A DNA stretch of 64,000 nt from Eledone cirrhosa (Eukaryota), in the NCBI GenBank assembly GCA_964016885.1, contig OZ024742.1:147064001-147128000 (forward strand), in the 5' to 3' direction. Positions within the stretch are counted from its first letter, which is position 1. Every line of letters begins with the position of its first letter. The position numbers were made by a program, and so were the translations under genes. Under the pieces are notes generated by a model. The model saw only the letters and a list, made by a program, of their open reading frames with translations, was not told where the DNA came from and searched no databases. Shown here one piece after another: positions 1 through 13,419 of this stretch.

Positions 1-220
1 GGGTTCAATCACACTGCCTGGCACCTTGGACAAGTGTCTTCTACTATAGCCCTGGGTTAATATATACAAGACTGTGCACAGACTGAAGCATACATCTAGT
101 ATGCACCTCTTAACCACTATCCTCCCTTCTCATTCCATACACTTCCCATGCCCTAACACCCCACCCACATCTGATTACATCACCCTTCTCCCATACCTTT
201 ACACCCCTGCCCACACTAAA

Positions 221-420
221 GTGATCATGTAGGTGTTGCGACAAAAAGCACCCAGTCCACACACTGTAAATGTGGTTGGTGTTAGGAAGAGCATCCAGCC
301 GTAGAAATTTAGCCAGAACAGTTCTGTATGAGAAAGACATAGTCACCTAACCCGACTTGCCTCAAACGGGACAACCCATCATGCTAGCGTGGAAAATAGA
401 CATTAAATGATGATGATGAT
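221..420 (+). mobile_element. RTE-tailed SINE / non-autonomous retroposon copy
   Basis: Body AAAAGCACCCAGTCCACACTGTAAATGTGGTTGGTGTTAGGAAGAGCATCCAGCCGTAGAAA and tail CATGCTAGCGTGGAAAATAGACATTAAA(TGA)n. It recurs at about 15780-16020, 25850-25995, 38810-39020 and 62045-62335 (+), and 28440-28680, 39710-39920, 48950-49280 and 51160-51560 (-). Confidence 0.75.
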
Positions 421-1627
421 ATATATTACAAACAACAACTGGAGACCAATAACAACCACACAAATAACAAATACATGTAATTTAAATATATTTAATTATT
501 TAATGGATCCACAGTTTTATTTCAATCTATGGCTGAATTAATTCTTTGTTGCTTCCACCACCACCACCACTATCTATAAATGTTTGATTTTTTACCTGTG
601 TTTTCATATACCAAGAGAATCTGCAGCTATAAATCAAACCAATATTTGCTTCCATTTAATTATTCTGCCAACCAATCAATCAATGTGAACTAATTCCATA
701 GCAATCTCATTTATTATATTGATTTTTAACAAAGGTACAAGCCCAGAACATTGAAAGGGGAGGGTGCAGTCAATTATACTGGCCGCTTAGAAGAATGGGA
801 GGCATGGATGACTTCAACAGAATTTGGTGGGAGGAAACAGTGAATCATACTGACCCAACCCCTATCCTGAAGGATGAAAGACAAAGACGACCTCAACAGG
901 ATTTTAAATTCATAACATAGGGAATGTCATTAAATTCATAACATAGAGAATGTCAGTAATAAATAAGAGTTATATTTCAACTGAAATACATTATATTTCA
1001 TATAACTCTTGAACCAACACACCAAAAAGCACCTGGTTCTATGAAACAAAACTACCCATTATGAAGGGTTCCTATTTAAGTTAAAACCTTCCTTCATATA
1101 TTTCAAGCTTTTGTTGTTATAAATGCCATTTTAATGAAATAATTTAAGTAAAACCTTCCAAATTTTTCATTAACGTATTCAAATACTGTGTATTTTATTA
1201 AAAAAATGGTAATGAAAGGGTTAATTAATGAAAAATTCCATGATTTACTAAAAATATTAATTATTTCATTATTATATTTGTAGCATATCTTTAAATGTTT
1301 ATTACACAATATTCAAGTGTCTGTTAAGAATAACACAAAAATGCAAACATATTTAATAAATTAAGAGAAAAAAAATGCCATTAAGAATAAGGTCGACTGA
1401 CACAGATGATGGAAGCTAGATGACTGACACAGATGATGGAAGCTAGATGACTGAACTGATGATTTCTGTGTATCATTGATACTTATTTTATTGATTAAAA
1501 ATGGATGAAAAGCAATTATAGTAGGATCTTAACTCAAAACAGTGAGAGAAGTAAACACCACAAGGTATTATACTCTGGCATTAGACTATTTCTGTTAATT
1601 TGTTGTCAACAAAATATTGATTATAGT

Positions 1628-1990
1628 CGCAAATGTGGCTGTGTGGTTAAAGAGTCCTCTCCACAACGGCAGAGTGGTGTACCTTAAGTAAGTGTCTTTT
1701 ACTGCAGCCACAGATTGACCAGTGTGTGGTGAGTGAAATTTGGTAGTCGGAAACTGTGTGGAAGGCTGTCATGTGTGTGTGTGTGTGTGTGGGTGGGTGC
1801 TATACATGTTTGTGTCTACTGTTTATTCATATCTTGTAACTTAGCAGTTCAACAAAAAGATATTGATAAAATAAGTATCAGATGTTAAAAATATATAAGT
1901 ACTGGGTTCAGTATGATCAACTAAAACCCCTTCAAGAGAGTGCTCCAGCATAGCCGCAGTCTAATAGCTGAAACCAATAAAAGAATAACA
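1628..1990 (+). mobile_element. CORE-type tRNA-derived SINE with internal (GT)n, degenerate
   Basis: Head GTGGCTGTGTGGTTAAAG, CORE-like CCTTAAGTAAGTGTCTT, body GTGAGTGAAATTTGGTAGTCGGAAACTG, tail GTGCTCCAGCATAGCCGCAGTCTAATAGCTGAAACCAATAAAAGAATAA. Related pieces at 1-80, 7340-7975, 8870-9010, 25010-25075 and 43890-44245 (-). Confidence 0.75.
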
Positions 1991-3017
1991 ATTTAAATGG
2001 CATTAGAAATAAATATAATTTTCTAATAATGCCATTTTGAAAACAATGTATTTTTTTATGAAATTAATAGAAACCCTGGTTAATCAATGTGCATTGAGTA
2101 CACTTTCCAACAAACACATGACATATCACAAATAAAACAGAACTTACCACATACTGATAATTCCATATAAATAAGAAAATAGTAAGAGATTGGTGATTGT
2201 TAGTAGTAGAGAGAAAATTACAGGAGTACTCCTCCTCTAACAGAATGTGAGCAGTGCAGAAGAACAACAAGGTTAATAATGGCAACTTTGAAGGCTATGT
2301 GACACCAAGAACAAAAGACAAGGATAATGTGCATAGTAGTTATAGTAGTTAATTAGCCTGGACAAAACAAAACAAAACAAAACAGAACAGAAAATACACT
2401 AAGCTCTGCTAAACACATTTTCAATACATTCTCTTCTATTAGAAATACTCTATCTAACAAAATTTACTTCATCATAGAGAAGAAATATTGATAATTTCAT
2501 AAATATTAAAGGGGGAGGGACTAAAAGAACTATTATGTATTTCAAATAAGACTTTAAATTTTGAAAAAACTCCATTTTAGTTGGAAATCAGATTAAATGT
2601 AATATAAATTAAGAAATTACAGTGATGTAAATAGTAAGTATTTTTGGCAAAATGACCAGTCCAGTCAGTCCAACTGTCCAGTCAGTACTTCACAGTAAAT
2701 TAGAAGTCAGGAGATAAGTGTTGAGTAATTAGCAAATAGGATTAGAGCTGACCAACACACACATACAAATATACATACACACAGACACACACAAATATTT
2801 ATACACCACCAAAATACACACTATCACACCAAAAAGGCATTTTAAGACATTTTAGTTTTATACTTGAAACTGAAAGAATTTTCAAAATCTTGAAATTAAG
2901 AATTAATAGAAACATCTCTAAAATGCTTTCAAACCAATTTCTGTATCATAGAACCAGAAGTTGTTTCAGGCAGTTTGGTATTTCCAGCATGATTTATACT
3001 TTTTTTTTAAAAGGAAA

Positions 3018-3060
<43 letters not shown>

Positions 3061-3089
3061 GGGAAGAATTCAACCCTCTACATCCTTAA

Positions 3090-3309
3090 CCCTTAAACCA
3101 TTTAAACCAGCTATATCCAGCCAGAGTTCTCTCACCTCTTTCTGTTCAAACCAGCTGTAACTGGCTGCTCATAATTATGTTACGGTATTTTTCTGAAAAT
3201 AAATAATATCAAAATCTCATAGATTCGATATTATGTGAAATATTTATGAGATAAAGTGTTTACCACAAAAATACAATAGGATATATAAAGTAATGTAAAT
3301 GCTAAAGGG
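3090..3309. mobile_element. TTAA-flanked MITE family B (piggyBac-type termini)
   Basis: TTAA|CCCTT...GCTAAAGGG|TTAA; homologous to 59114-59298, 37255-37451 (inverted) and about 36000-36200. Confidence 0.75.
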
Positions 3310-3765
3310 TTAATTCATATATTTCTAATGAAAGACACGGTCTATGACTTTCAAATTATTTTGAAAATAATCAAGAATGTGAAGGATTTAGTAAAACACT
3401 AAAATAGGCAGTTTTGTATTGTACAACAATGAGTGATTTCGTGCAGTTTAGTATCAAAAAGGTGAAAATACATTAGTTTAGAGATTTGTACATTATTGAG
3501 CAGTAAATATTAGCTATAACACCAAGAATTTGTTCAAGAGTACCTGGAAAATTGTGTATTTATGAGGAGGATGTACCATAACATTAGTAAGACGCCAGCT
3601 ATTACACCTACACAAATTCTTAGTTTATGCATATATATGTATGCAAAAGGCAAACAGAAATAAAGCAAATGACACAGTACAATGGAAAAATATATTTGTT
3701 TTACGTTTGGTTATATACATATTATACAGTGTGTATATCTATGTATGTGAATATATAGTGTGTGT

Positions 3766-4020
3766 GGAGGCACGTGGCCTAGTGGTAAGAGTGTTGGACT
3801 TACGATCATAATGTCGTGGGTTTGATTCCTGGGCTGAGTGTTGTGTTCTTGAGCAAAACACTTCATTTCACATTGCTCCAGTATACTCAGCTGAAAATGA
3901 GTACCAGCAAAATAGCTGGAGGTTTAACCCTGCGATGGACTGGCGTCCTGTCGGGGGGGGTCTTGTACTCTCAGTCGCTTCACGCCATGAAACCGGGATA
4001 AGCACCGGCCAAATGACTTT
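3766..4020 (+). mobile_element. tRNA-derived CORE-SINE, near full length
   Basis: A-box-like GTGGCCTAGTGG, B-box-like GGTTTGATTCCT, CORE-like TTGTGTTCTTGAGCAAAACACTT, then AACCCTGCGATGGACTGGCGTCCTGTC. Further copies at 62878-63000 (+), and 10030-10130, 30490-30670, 34390-34560, 40540-40725, 45280-45485 and 60370-60515 (-). Confidence 0.8.
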
Positions 4021-5002
4021 TAGTACACACACACACACACACACACATACATACATACACAGAAAGAGGAAGCCTTCTATGAATTAGTGCAGCTATAGAA
4101 CACTTCAAATTAAAATACATTTTGCTTTATAGACAAGATTACATAACTGTAATTTACTGACAACACCTCTTGAAAACCAGGTCATTAAACACTCTTATTT
4201 AACTTGGCTTTCTACATTCACATGACATCTCATATTTATAAGGTAGAGACAGATAGAAAAAGAGACAGTATATGGGTGTGTGAACATATGGTGTTCACGC
4301 CTCTCCAATGCCAAGTGATACAACCAGAAACCTAAATTAGTGTTAACTTGGTATGGAAGTTATGTTTTTTTTCCAACTCAGATGACTGACACAGAATATA
4401 AATAAATATAGAACGCTTGCCAAAAAAAGGGTTGGGAGGACCCTGTAGTTGTGTCAAGGACATGACAACTTCCCTAGTGCTGGTGATCTACACAATAAAT
4501 GCACCCAGTGCATGCTGCAAAGTTGTGTGTGCGTGTGTGTGTGCGCGCGCACACACACAAAAGCCTCGTAAGCTCCTGTCTCATGAGGGTACTTTTAAGA
4601 ACTGGTGATTAATTCAGTGTTATGGCATTCAACAATTAAAGAATATCTCTCTCCATAAAGAGCATGCTTATTACAGGTAACAGTCCCAAATAATTTGATA
4701 TCTATTCCTGACAGGTAATTTAAGATAACATAGAATGTGGTGTTTTACCCAAAAGACTTGAATTCTGAGACTTAAATTTGACCATGATGTTTCTACAATA
4801 CTATAAATCAGGACTCAGCAACTTAAATATATATTTTTTGCCCTTGACTTACATATATATAATATATCATACAAACATTAAAACAGGTGCAAGGCCAAGA
4901 GGGAACATTTCAATGGACTACACATTATAAGATATCTTGCATATAAACATTTGAAATAGTACATGGTCCACAGAGAATAAATACCTCATTGGCCCACATG
5001 TA

Positions 5003-5513
5003 CAGGGTAGGTAGAAAGTAATTCCCTATTGAAAATTACTTATAACTTTTGGCCTACTGCGACCACTTGAGATTACATCAATGACATATTTATGTAAGGT
5101 GAGGGGGTCTCCTGATTTTGCATGCATTGTACATGAGTGGTTTGATGGCCAATTTCCAGGATCGTAGAGGTCCTCATGAATGGCCAGCAAAAAACTGACT
5201 TAACACCATGCGATTTCTTCCTGTGGGGATGAGCGAAGGAAGAAATTTATAGCTCAAAAACAAAAACTTTAACCCAATTGGAGGAACTCATTCATCATGT
5301 ACTGACCAACATACTGCCCGAGTTCCTGATGAAGTCAGTCAAGGACATACCCAGACGATTACAAGCACTGGTGAACAATATTGGTGCTTATGTAGAATTT
5401 TAACACTGTACCATACTTATACCATTGTACTGTTCAAAATAAAACACCTTTTATGAAAATCGACCAATAATTAATATTAACAATATTAAATAAGTTTCTT
5501 TCCACCTACCCTG
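5003..5513 (+). mobile_element. Tc1/mariner-superfamily internal deletion derivative with transposase C-terminal remnant
   Basis: Left TA|CAGGGTAGGTAGAAAG and right CTTTCCACCTACCCTG form the TIRs. About 5100-5403 translates, with frameshifts and a stop, to ..HEWFDGQFPG..RRGPHEWPA..DLTPCDFFLWG*AKEEIY..RLQALVNNIGAYVEF*, the WP(xxSP)DLTPCDFFLWG catalytic block of mariner-like transposases. Confidence 0.88.
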
Positions 5514-5539
5514 GATATTATATATCTTAAAAAATTTGG

Positions 5540-5860
5540 AAAAGTCAAGCCACAGAGAATAACTCCAATGGCCCACATGTTTCCTGGGGATTTCTTAAAC
5601 CTAGCTGAGAAAATCCCCTCCCCAGGTCTGAACACACTTGATTTCTTCCAGAGAAGGGGAGAGTGATAGAGAGAAATGAGAAAGGAATATAAAGGAAGAA
5701 ATGACCCTAGTATTAGGCTGGTACTTTTTTTATGAATCACGAAAGTGTGAAAGGTAAAGTTGACCTCGGCGGAATTTGAACTCAGAGTGCAGAGAGCCAA
5801 AACAAATACTGAAAAGCCTTCTATCAGATGTTCTAATGCTTGCCAATTTGCTGCCTTCAA
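5540..5860 (-). mobile_element. Meta-domain SINE subfamily with a distinct long tail
   Basis: Minus strand has B-box GAGTTCAAATTCC, then ACCTTTCAC..AAAGTACCAG, then tail GGAAGAAATC..TTCAGACCTGG. The same tail is at 25190-25516 (-), 36980-37250 (-), about 50840-51075 (+) and 53365-53650 (+). Confidence 0.7.
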
Positions 5861-6239
5861 TCTTTTCATCATCATATTGAAAAGATTGAAGTATGTAGAG
5901 GGATTTAGTAATATAATTAACATTTTCAGTTTGGTATCAAAAGGGTTAATAGAATATAAAGAAATTTAACAGTAGATAGTTGATTTCTTATAAAGTATGT
6001 GGTTAAATGACACAGGAAGGAAAATCTTCTAGAATTACTATATTTCCTTTCAGTTTACAATTAGCAATAAATATTAGCAGGCAAAAACAGGTGGTTAAGA
6101 AAATGGGTTATAAATGTATAATCATAGTTTAGAGAAACTTCTGAACTTTTAATATAAATAGACACATTATCATCTCATCTTACATAAATATCTACATTCT
6201 TAGACACAAGAATAAGGTGGTAAATTCTTTTATCAACTG

Positions 6240-6510
6240 AATATTTGCAAGCCTGTGGTACATTCGCAGATGTATCAGATATAACTATCTTATAGTACCT
6301 CACATATATATTATAAAAAGACAAACCTCTAGTACCTTCACAGATGTATTAGATATAATGGCAAGCCTGTAGAACCTTCAAAGATGTACCAGAGATAATG
6401 ACATGTTTGTAGTACCTTAGTCTAGATATCATAGCAATCCTGTAGTACTTTCAGAGATGTACCATGTATAATGGCAAGCCTTGAAATACATTTACAGATG
6501 TACCAGATAT
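6240..6510. repeat. degenerate ~40-bp minisatellite
   Basis: About 6 copies of approx GGCAAGCCTGTAGTACCTTCACAGATGTACCAGATATAAT. Confidence 0.75.
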
Positions 6511-7550
6511 GTTCTCAACTATGTTGGGTGACAAATGGATCTAAGAAACTTTTTGTTCTAAGGGAACACAGCATTTCTAAAGTTGATAGGTTCTCTCAGG
6601 AGGATCATACCAGCATTGATGAAAATAACTGAACATACGCACGCACACACCAAATTGAAAGACCTCTTAAGTAAAATAACAAAATTCTACAGAGTAACAA
6701 TGTTATTACATGTTAAATTAGTTTTTTTTTTAACCTATTTCTTTTTATCTCCTGGTGATGAGATAAGATCCAAACAAAAAAAAATATATCAAGAATAAGT
6801 TAACTCTTTAGTGACCATATTTCTGATGAAATACACTATCCATATGTTCCAGTTGAATGTAAAAATAAAGAATTATTAATTGTTACTTGGAATACAGTCC
6901 TTTTGATACTGCCTGAAACCTTCCCTGATTCTGTGATACAAAACTATTAGTTTTTTAATGTTTATATTCATTTTAAAAAAAAACCTTCCATCAGAATTTT
7001 ATGTAAGAACCTTTAAGTAAAAGTTATGATCCAAACACTAACTTAATAATGAGAATGTTATTTATATTACTAAATGCCTCCAAATTCTTCAATATAATTC
7101 AAAAATCATAGGTAGTGTCTTTCATTGGAAATATGGTAACAAAAAGATTAAAAGGTTTTTATATCAAATTATGACAGCAAGACGATGCTTTGAAATTGCC
7201 ATCTTAATGTCCCAGTCCCAACAATGTTTGACTATATTCCCAACCCAGCTGTGCTTGACTATATTCCACCATCCTGGTATTCTGGTATTCTGGTACCAAC
7301 ACTGACTATATCCCACCATCCAGTCTTAGCAAGTTGAGTTAACCAATACCTTGTGAGTGAAACTTTGTATTCATAAACTGTATGGAAGCTTGTTCTGTAT
7401 GCATGTATATATGGGTATGTGGGTAACTGGATCTATGTGTATTTACTGTGTGTGTGTGTGTGCATATATATATGTGTGTGTGTTCAGATTAGTTTTATGT
7501 CCTGTAACCAAGCAGTTTGAAAAAAAAGGGATTGAAAAATCAACTACCAG

Positions 7551-7885
7551 CCCAGGCCTACTGCTTGCCAGGCTGAAGAGGGCAAACTGTCAAAGTATTG
7601 GCTGCTCTCTGATAGGTTTGTAGTTGAGCCTGTAGCAGTGGAGACTTCTGGCCTTCTTGGCCCCTGTACCACATCCCTGCTCACTATCAGAGCAGAGTTG
7701 GCTGCCTGCAGGTGCAAGTACCGAAAGGTGGAGTGGCTGTTCCAACATGTCTCCCTCACTGTCCTCCAGAGTAATGTCATGCATCTTGTTGGCTGGGACC
7801 ACAAGGCAGACACCATATTAGAGCAGAAGTAGGGTGGCAGTCTTCAGACAAAAGGGTTGATAATGCTGACACATACACACAACAT
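7551..7885 (+). mobile_element. old 3' fragment of a CRE-like (RLE endonuclease) non-LTR retrotransposon nested in a SINE
   Basis: Translates to ..QAEEGKLSKYWLLSDRFVVEPVAVETSGLLGPCTTSLLTIRAELAACRCKYRKVEWLFQHVSLTVLQSN, collinear with ..LAEGAKLLEYRSLSDRFAVVPLAVETSGVLDPRAASLLTTIGAELASRRCEPRELEWLFQFVSLVVPRGN of the 20.6-21.7 kb element. Confidence 0.85.
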
Positions 7886-8104
7886 AGTGAATTAGTACCA
7901 GACTTGAAAAAGTTCTCAACTCAGTGTGATTGACTAAAAATCCCAGCATATCAAGTTAAATGATTGAAACCCTAGCACCATCATTTATAGACATGTGACA
8001 ACACTGACTGTGGATATGTTGTAATTTCCTACATTAGTTCCATCAAATAGACAAGTGCTGTAGAAATAACCTGTCATAATTGTGTATGTGATAGGAATAG
8101 AGAC

Positions 8105-8168
<64 letters not shown>

Positions 8169-11100
8169 GTTAGGAAGTAGAATGACACAACTAATGAAGT
8201 CTAATTGACTTAATTCTTTGTCAGATCCACATTGCTCTAACTAAAAATAAAATAAGATTATACTCTCTCTCTCTTTCTGTGTAAGAGTATGTGTGTAAAT
8301 AATAAATAAAAGGAATATCAGGCAAATATTTAATAGTTATTGACAATGATGATGATAATAATAGATATGTGGATTTTCAGCTCAAACATATATATATGTA
8401 TGCTGTGTGTATCTGGTTTAGAATAGGTACACCGCATCCCTGCATGTCAGAGGCAACTAAAACTGTTTGGTGCCAGGAAGGACATCTGGCTGTAAAACAA
8501 TGCCTAATAAATGACCGCATGATAAGTATGTAGTTTGTCTCAGAGCTCTGTAAGGCTAACCTACTTAAGGGAGGAAACTGACCTTAAAATGCTTGTAATA
8601 TAAGATACAAATGATGGATATGCAATAAAGAAATCATTTGAAAGGGTTAAATAATGAGTCTAAAAATCTGGCTGTTTAAGGAGTCTGTTTTGCAATACCA
8701 TGTAAAATTTGGTAGAGGGAAACTATGTAAAAGCCCGTTGTATGCATGTAATCCAACCCTTGCTAGCAGGGAAAAAGACGTTAAATGATGACGATATTCT
8801 TTTATCTGTTCCAGCCAACTGGTTGAGGCCATGCTGGGGTACCGCCACAAACATATATACATGTGTTTATACAGTTTGACAAAAAGAGGTTGATAAAATA
8901 GGAAACTCTATAAATATAGTACTGAGATAGATATAATCAACTAAATCCCTTAAATGTGATGTCTTTGCATGGCCACAGTCTAATGAATGAAACTAGTAAA
9001 AGAATAAGAGAATAACTATAAAAACAATTAAATACTTGACTCATTGGTAAGAAAGGAGGTAAAATGTTTTAAATAAACAGAATTATGTAAGGGTGTGGGT
9101 GTGAGACTGGCGTTACCATCCTGTATTTATGAGTCATAAGGGTGTGGTTTATAGTGAAAACTAGGTAGAAATACAGTGTCAAGAATTTCATTATTGGTTC
9201 AATTTTTTTTTTAGATTTTGTATCCTCCAAACAAGTAAAACTATTAAGATGTTAACTCTTTTGATACCAAACCACACTACCTGAATCCAACCCTATAATA
9301 TAAAACCTTCCATCATAATTTTATCAAAGAATCTTTGTTATGTAATGCTCAAACTCTAGATAACTAATGAGAAAGTTAGCTATATCAACCAAATCCCTTC
9401 AAATTTTTCATTATTTAAACATTTTATTTTGAAAATTAGTGTCTTTCATTAGAAATATGGTAACAAAAGGGTTAAAGAGTTTATATTTACATAATTTAAT
9501 GCATGCTCCAAACACCAATTTAATAATGGAGAAAGTTATATTATTAATTCCCTCCAAATTCTTGATTATTTAATAATTATTGGTGAAGTTCTAGTGAACC
9601 AGTTGTGAAAAACAGAAAATACAATATATTGGTGTTAGAGTTTTCACAAAAGTAAGAATTACAGACTTTCTAGACAAGGGCTCTACATTATATACCAACA
9701 AACATATATCACTATAGTCATATAGTCAATCACAATGGCCATAACCACAACTCCAGAGTGGTTGAACCATCTATTTATAGAGTTTAATACATTTTATACC
9801 AATCTGGTTATGGCTCCAAGGGAGGAGGATCATTTTAAAGGGCTCCTATTTAATTTAAAATCTTCCAATATAATTCTATATAAAAACCATGAAAGCTACT
9901 ATCTTAGTAATGAAACAAATATTTTAGTAAATCTTTCCCAAATTCTTTATGAATTAATTGAAATAGAGTGTATTTCGTTAGAAATATAGTAACACAGGAG
10001 TTAAAGGCATTGTATTTATAAAGATAGTAGAGATAGTGTCCTGCTCATGCCCATAACGCACCACTTTGTTCTGGAATTGAATGTTATGACCTTACAATTG
10101 TGAGCCCAATAACTTACCACCAGGCTTCCTACCCTAATAATTCTGAGTGTAAAATTAATGATTTTCAATTTTTGAAATTTTAGAAGATATAAACCTCTTT
10201 TTCACCCTCAACATCATCAGTCATACTATCCTGTTAGAAACAATTTTCATCAGTTAAAATACTCAGAATTATATGAACCAGCTGAAGAACCAGTTCAAAT
10301 CTTTTGAGAATTCTAGAGCTGTCTGTTAGCTATAGAAGCAGAACTTATAGAAACTTTCTTAGATGGAACCACTGGAAATTATCTGATATATACCAGAAAA
10401 TAGTAATGATGTTTCTTTCCATTAGTTAATTTACTAAGAAATTCTACTTGACTTAATGCTTTATTCAGCAGAAAATAATCCTTCATATAACATCCATTAA
10501 GCATTTATTTTAGCTAGAATAACAACATGTTACAGAATGTTGATGTATATGGGGCAATTAATTGAGGTCATATCATATAAAATCAATAAAGGCTTGGTCA
10601 ACTGAGAGCAGACCTGACTACTGACACATGTATTACACTAACACACACACAAGCACTGGATTACACACAGTTACACATACTGACACACACAAGTTGTTCC
10701 AAAACTGAAAAAGGAAAAAAAGAAATAATGTGAGAAATGTTTGTGCCAATGCTCCCCTCGAGTTTAACTATGTTACACAGGATAACGATGGCTTAACCTA
10801 ACAACCAAATAAGTCATCAACCAGCCATAACACCATGCTGACAATGCTATAAAAATAGATTTTGTTAACCTCAGTATCTGCATAACACCATTTCCATTCT
10901 AGTGTCAATTAGTTGAACCAGTTCCTTACCATATTTCTAATGAATATTCAAATAATTTTTAAATAATCAAGAATTTGGAGAGAATTAGTAATTTAACTTT
11001 CTCCATGTAAATATAAACACTTTAACCCTTTTGTTGCCATATTTCTAATGAAAGAATGGCTTTTAAAATCATTTTGAAAATAATCAAGAATTTGAAGGGA

Positions 11101-11249
11101 ATTAGTAATATAATTCATGTTCTTACATAAAATTATGATGGAAGGTTTTAAAAATAAACATTAGTCTTTTGATACCATATTTCTAATGAAATTTTGTAAA
11201 TAAAGATTTGGGGGGCGAGGGTGTCATATAATTAGTTTTCTTTTAGTAG

Positions 11250-11455
11250 TATTGGGAGAGTATCAGACAAAATGCTTTGGAGTATTTAATTACAACTTTC
11301 TGCATTTTAAGTCCAAATTCCATCAAGGTCAACTTGGCCATTCATCCTTCTGGGGTCAATAAAATAAAATACAAGTTAAGCACTGGGGTCAATATAATCG
11401 ACTTTCCCTTTTCCTCCAAATTACTGGGCCTGTGCCAAACTTAGAAACCATTATT
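11250..11455 (+). mobile_element. Meta-domain SINE copy, degenerate
   Basis: TTCATCCTTCTGGGGTCAATAAAATAAAATAC core and tail GGGCCTGTGCCAAACTTAGAAACCATTATT. Confidence 0.7.
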
Positions 11456-11752
11456 ATGCTGGTGTTTGCAGTACAACTTAAAGATTCTTTACATAAAATA
11501 ATGCTGGAAGGTTTCTTTTAGATAAATATAAACACTTAAAAATAAACAATTTAGTAATGTAGAAATAGAGGCAGATTGGTAACAAAATGGTTTAAATGGT
11601 AGATATTAATAAGATGTCAGTTTATTATATAAGCAAATTATATATCAACTATGTCATGTCTGATTTGTCTGTGTGTGTTGCAGTATAAAGAGGTCAACTT
11701 CAAAATACTTAATAGATAAACCAATAAACAGCTATGCAAGATTACACCTTAA

Positions 11753-12004
11753 ACCTTTTGATACCAACCGACTTGAAACTGCCCTTAGTTTTATGATATA
11801 AAACTGCCCTTTCTAATGTTTTCATATCTAAGACCTACCATCATAATTTTATGTAAGAATCTTCCATTATGTAATATTCCAAATCCAGTTTAATAATGAA
11901 TAAGTTAAGCTATATTACTAAATTCATCTAAATTCTTCATTATTTCCAAAATTAATTGGAACACATGTGTTGAGTTTTTCATTGGAAATATGGTTATAAG
12001 AGGG
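11753..12004. mobile_element. TTAA-flanked AT-rich MITE family A (piggyBac-type termini), representative copy
   Basis: Family ends are CCCTTTTGATACCAA and ATATGGTAACAAAAGGG|TTAA (about 14-bp imperfect TIR). Many whole or partial copies occur across the window, e.g. about 1010-1225, 6900-7152, 9250-9476, 27270-27482, 33610-33915, 36250-36587, 40156-40346, 47485-47700 and 50220-50440. Confidence 0.75.
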
Positions 12005-12975
12005 TTAGAATATTGCTGCGCGTGCAGATAGGGATAGATGCTGTATGTATATATTCAAGCTTACAACAAAGATGTGTTTGTATATATATACATGATTGAG
12101 AGAGCGAGAGATGCTCATACAAACAAGAAAAACAGATGTTAAGAGGACATGTGATAGTGATGACATCCTAGATAACCTCATTATTAATTTGTTTTACCTT
12201 CCTCAATACAACAGTACTGATTAGTATTGATTTTATATTACTGTCTTCTGTGTTGGCACTGATTGAACTAATTCACATATAAACATGATTTCTTTGATTT
12301 TTTTTTTTTTTACTGTTTAATCATTGGCAAGGTAGGGGTTGCAATGCCCATGACTCTTTTCAGAGCACATAAAGATTGGCAGAAGAAAAGAAGGTAACAT
12401 CAAACTGGAGATTTAATCCAAATATTTAAAACCGAATGAACTCCACTCAAGGCTCCCATGGATCAGGTGGTGGTGTTAGAGCAGGTAACATTAGGACACT
12501 GTGGCTGAACTCTGAGCAAAGAGAGTCAAGGCAAATACATTTTGTACTATGCTCTAACAACTCTACCAATTCAAGTTCCTGAGGGACTTACATTTTTGTA
12601 TTGCTTACACAAGGCAAAAGAAAATAAATCCTTTAAAATAAACATCCCAAGTCTTTTATTATTTACATCTTTGAGAAAAAAAAAAGCGATCAACTTCACA
12701 ATCCTAGGTAAGTGCACCAAAGATGAAGAGCAAACTGTAGACTCAAAGTACTCAACTGAAAGTTATGTAAATAAACAGCAAACACAAGAGTAAAGTGTGG
12801 GCTGCAATATAAATACTACTACAACCACCACCACCACCACCGCCACTAATATTACAATATACCCGTGATTACAAGCCACTCCCAACTTTCTGGAAAAGTC
12901 TCCACATTCTAGTAGAACATTATATAATGGCATGCACTAATATATATATATATATAAATACACACACGCATACAC

Positions 12976-13043
<68 letters not shown>

Positions 13044-13226
13044 CTGTTTGTCCCGAATCTTCTATTATCGATTTTTTATCGTATGGTTGATTGTAGACTT
13101 GTTCTATATGTGACGGTATTTTAACGATAGTTATAGCTCTGATTCATCTGAATTATTGAGCCCTCTGCCGCTCATTTCGAATTTTGTTTATCGTGAACTC
13201 GTGCGCCGATTTTTCGATACTCGATC

Positions 13227-13295
<69 letters not shown>

Positions 13296-13419
13296 GAAAA
13301 GTTTCTTGAATGACTAAAATTATACAAAATTAATAAAAAGAATTTTTTAAAAGTGGACGAAGACACCAGGAGAACAGAACAGTCCCCTCTCATCGGTCGA
13401 CTGCTGGAGATACATTGTT

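Noticed and set aside
3029-3056. Poly-G run as a functional G-quadruplex
   Set aside because: A simple homopolymer with no supporting context, and its length is unreliable in assemblies.
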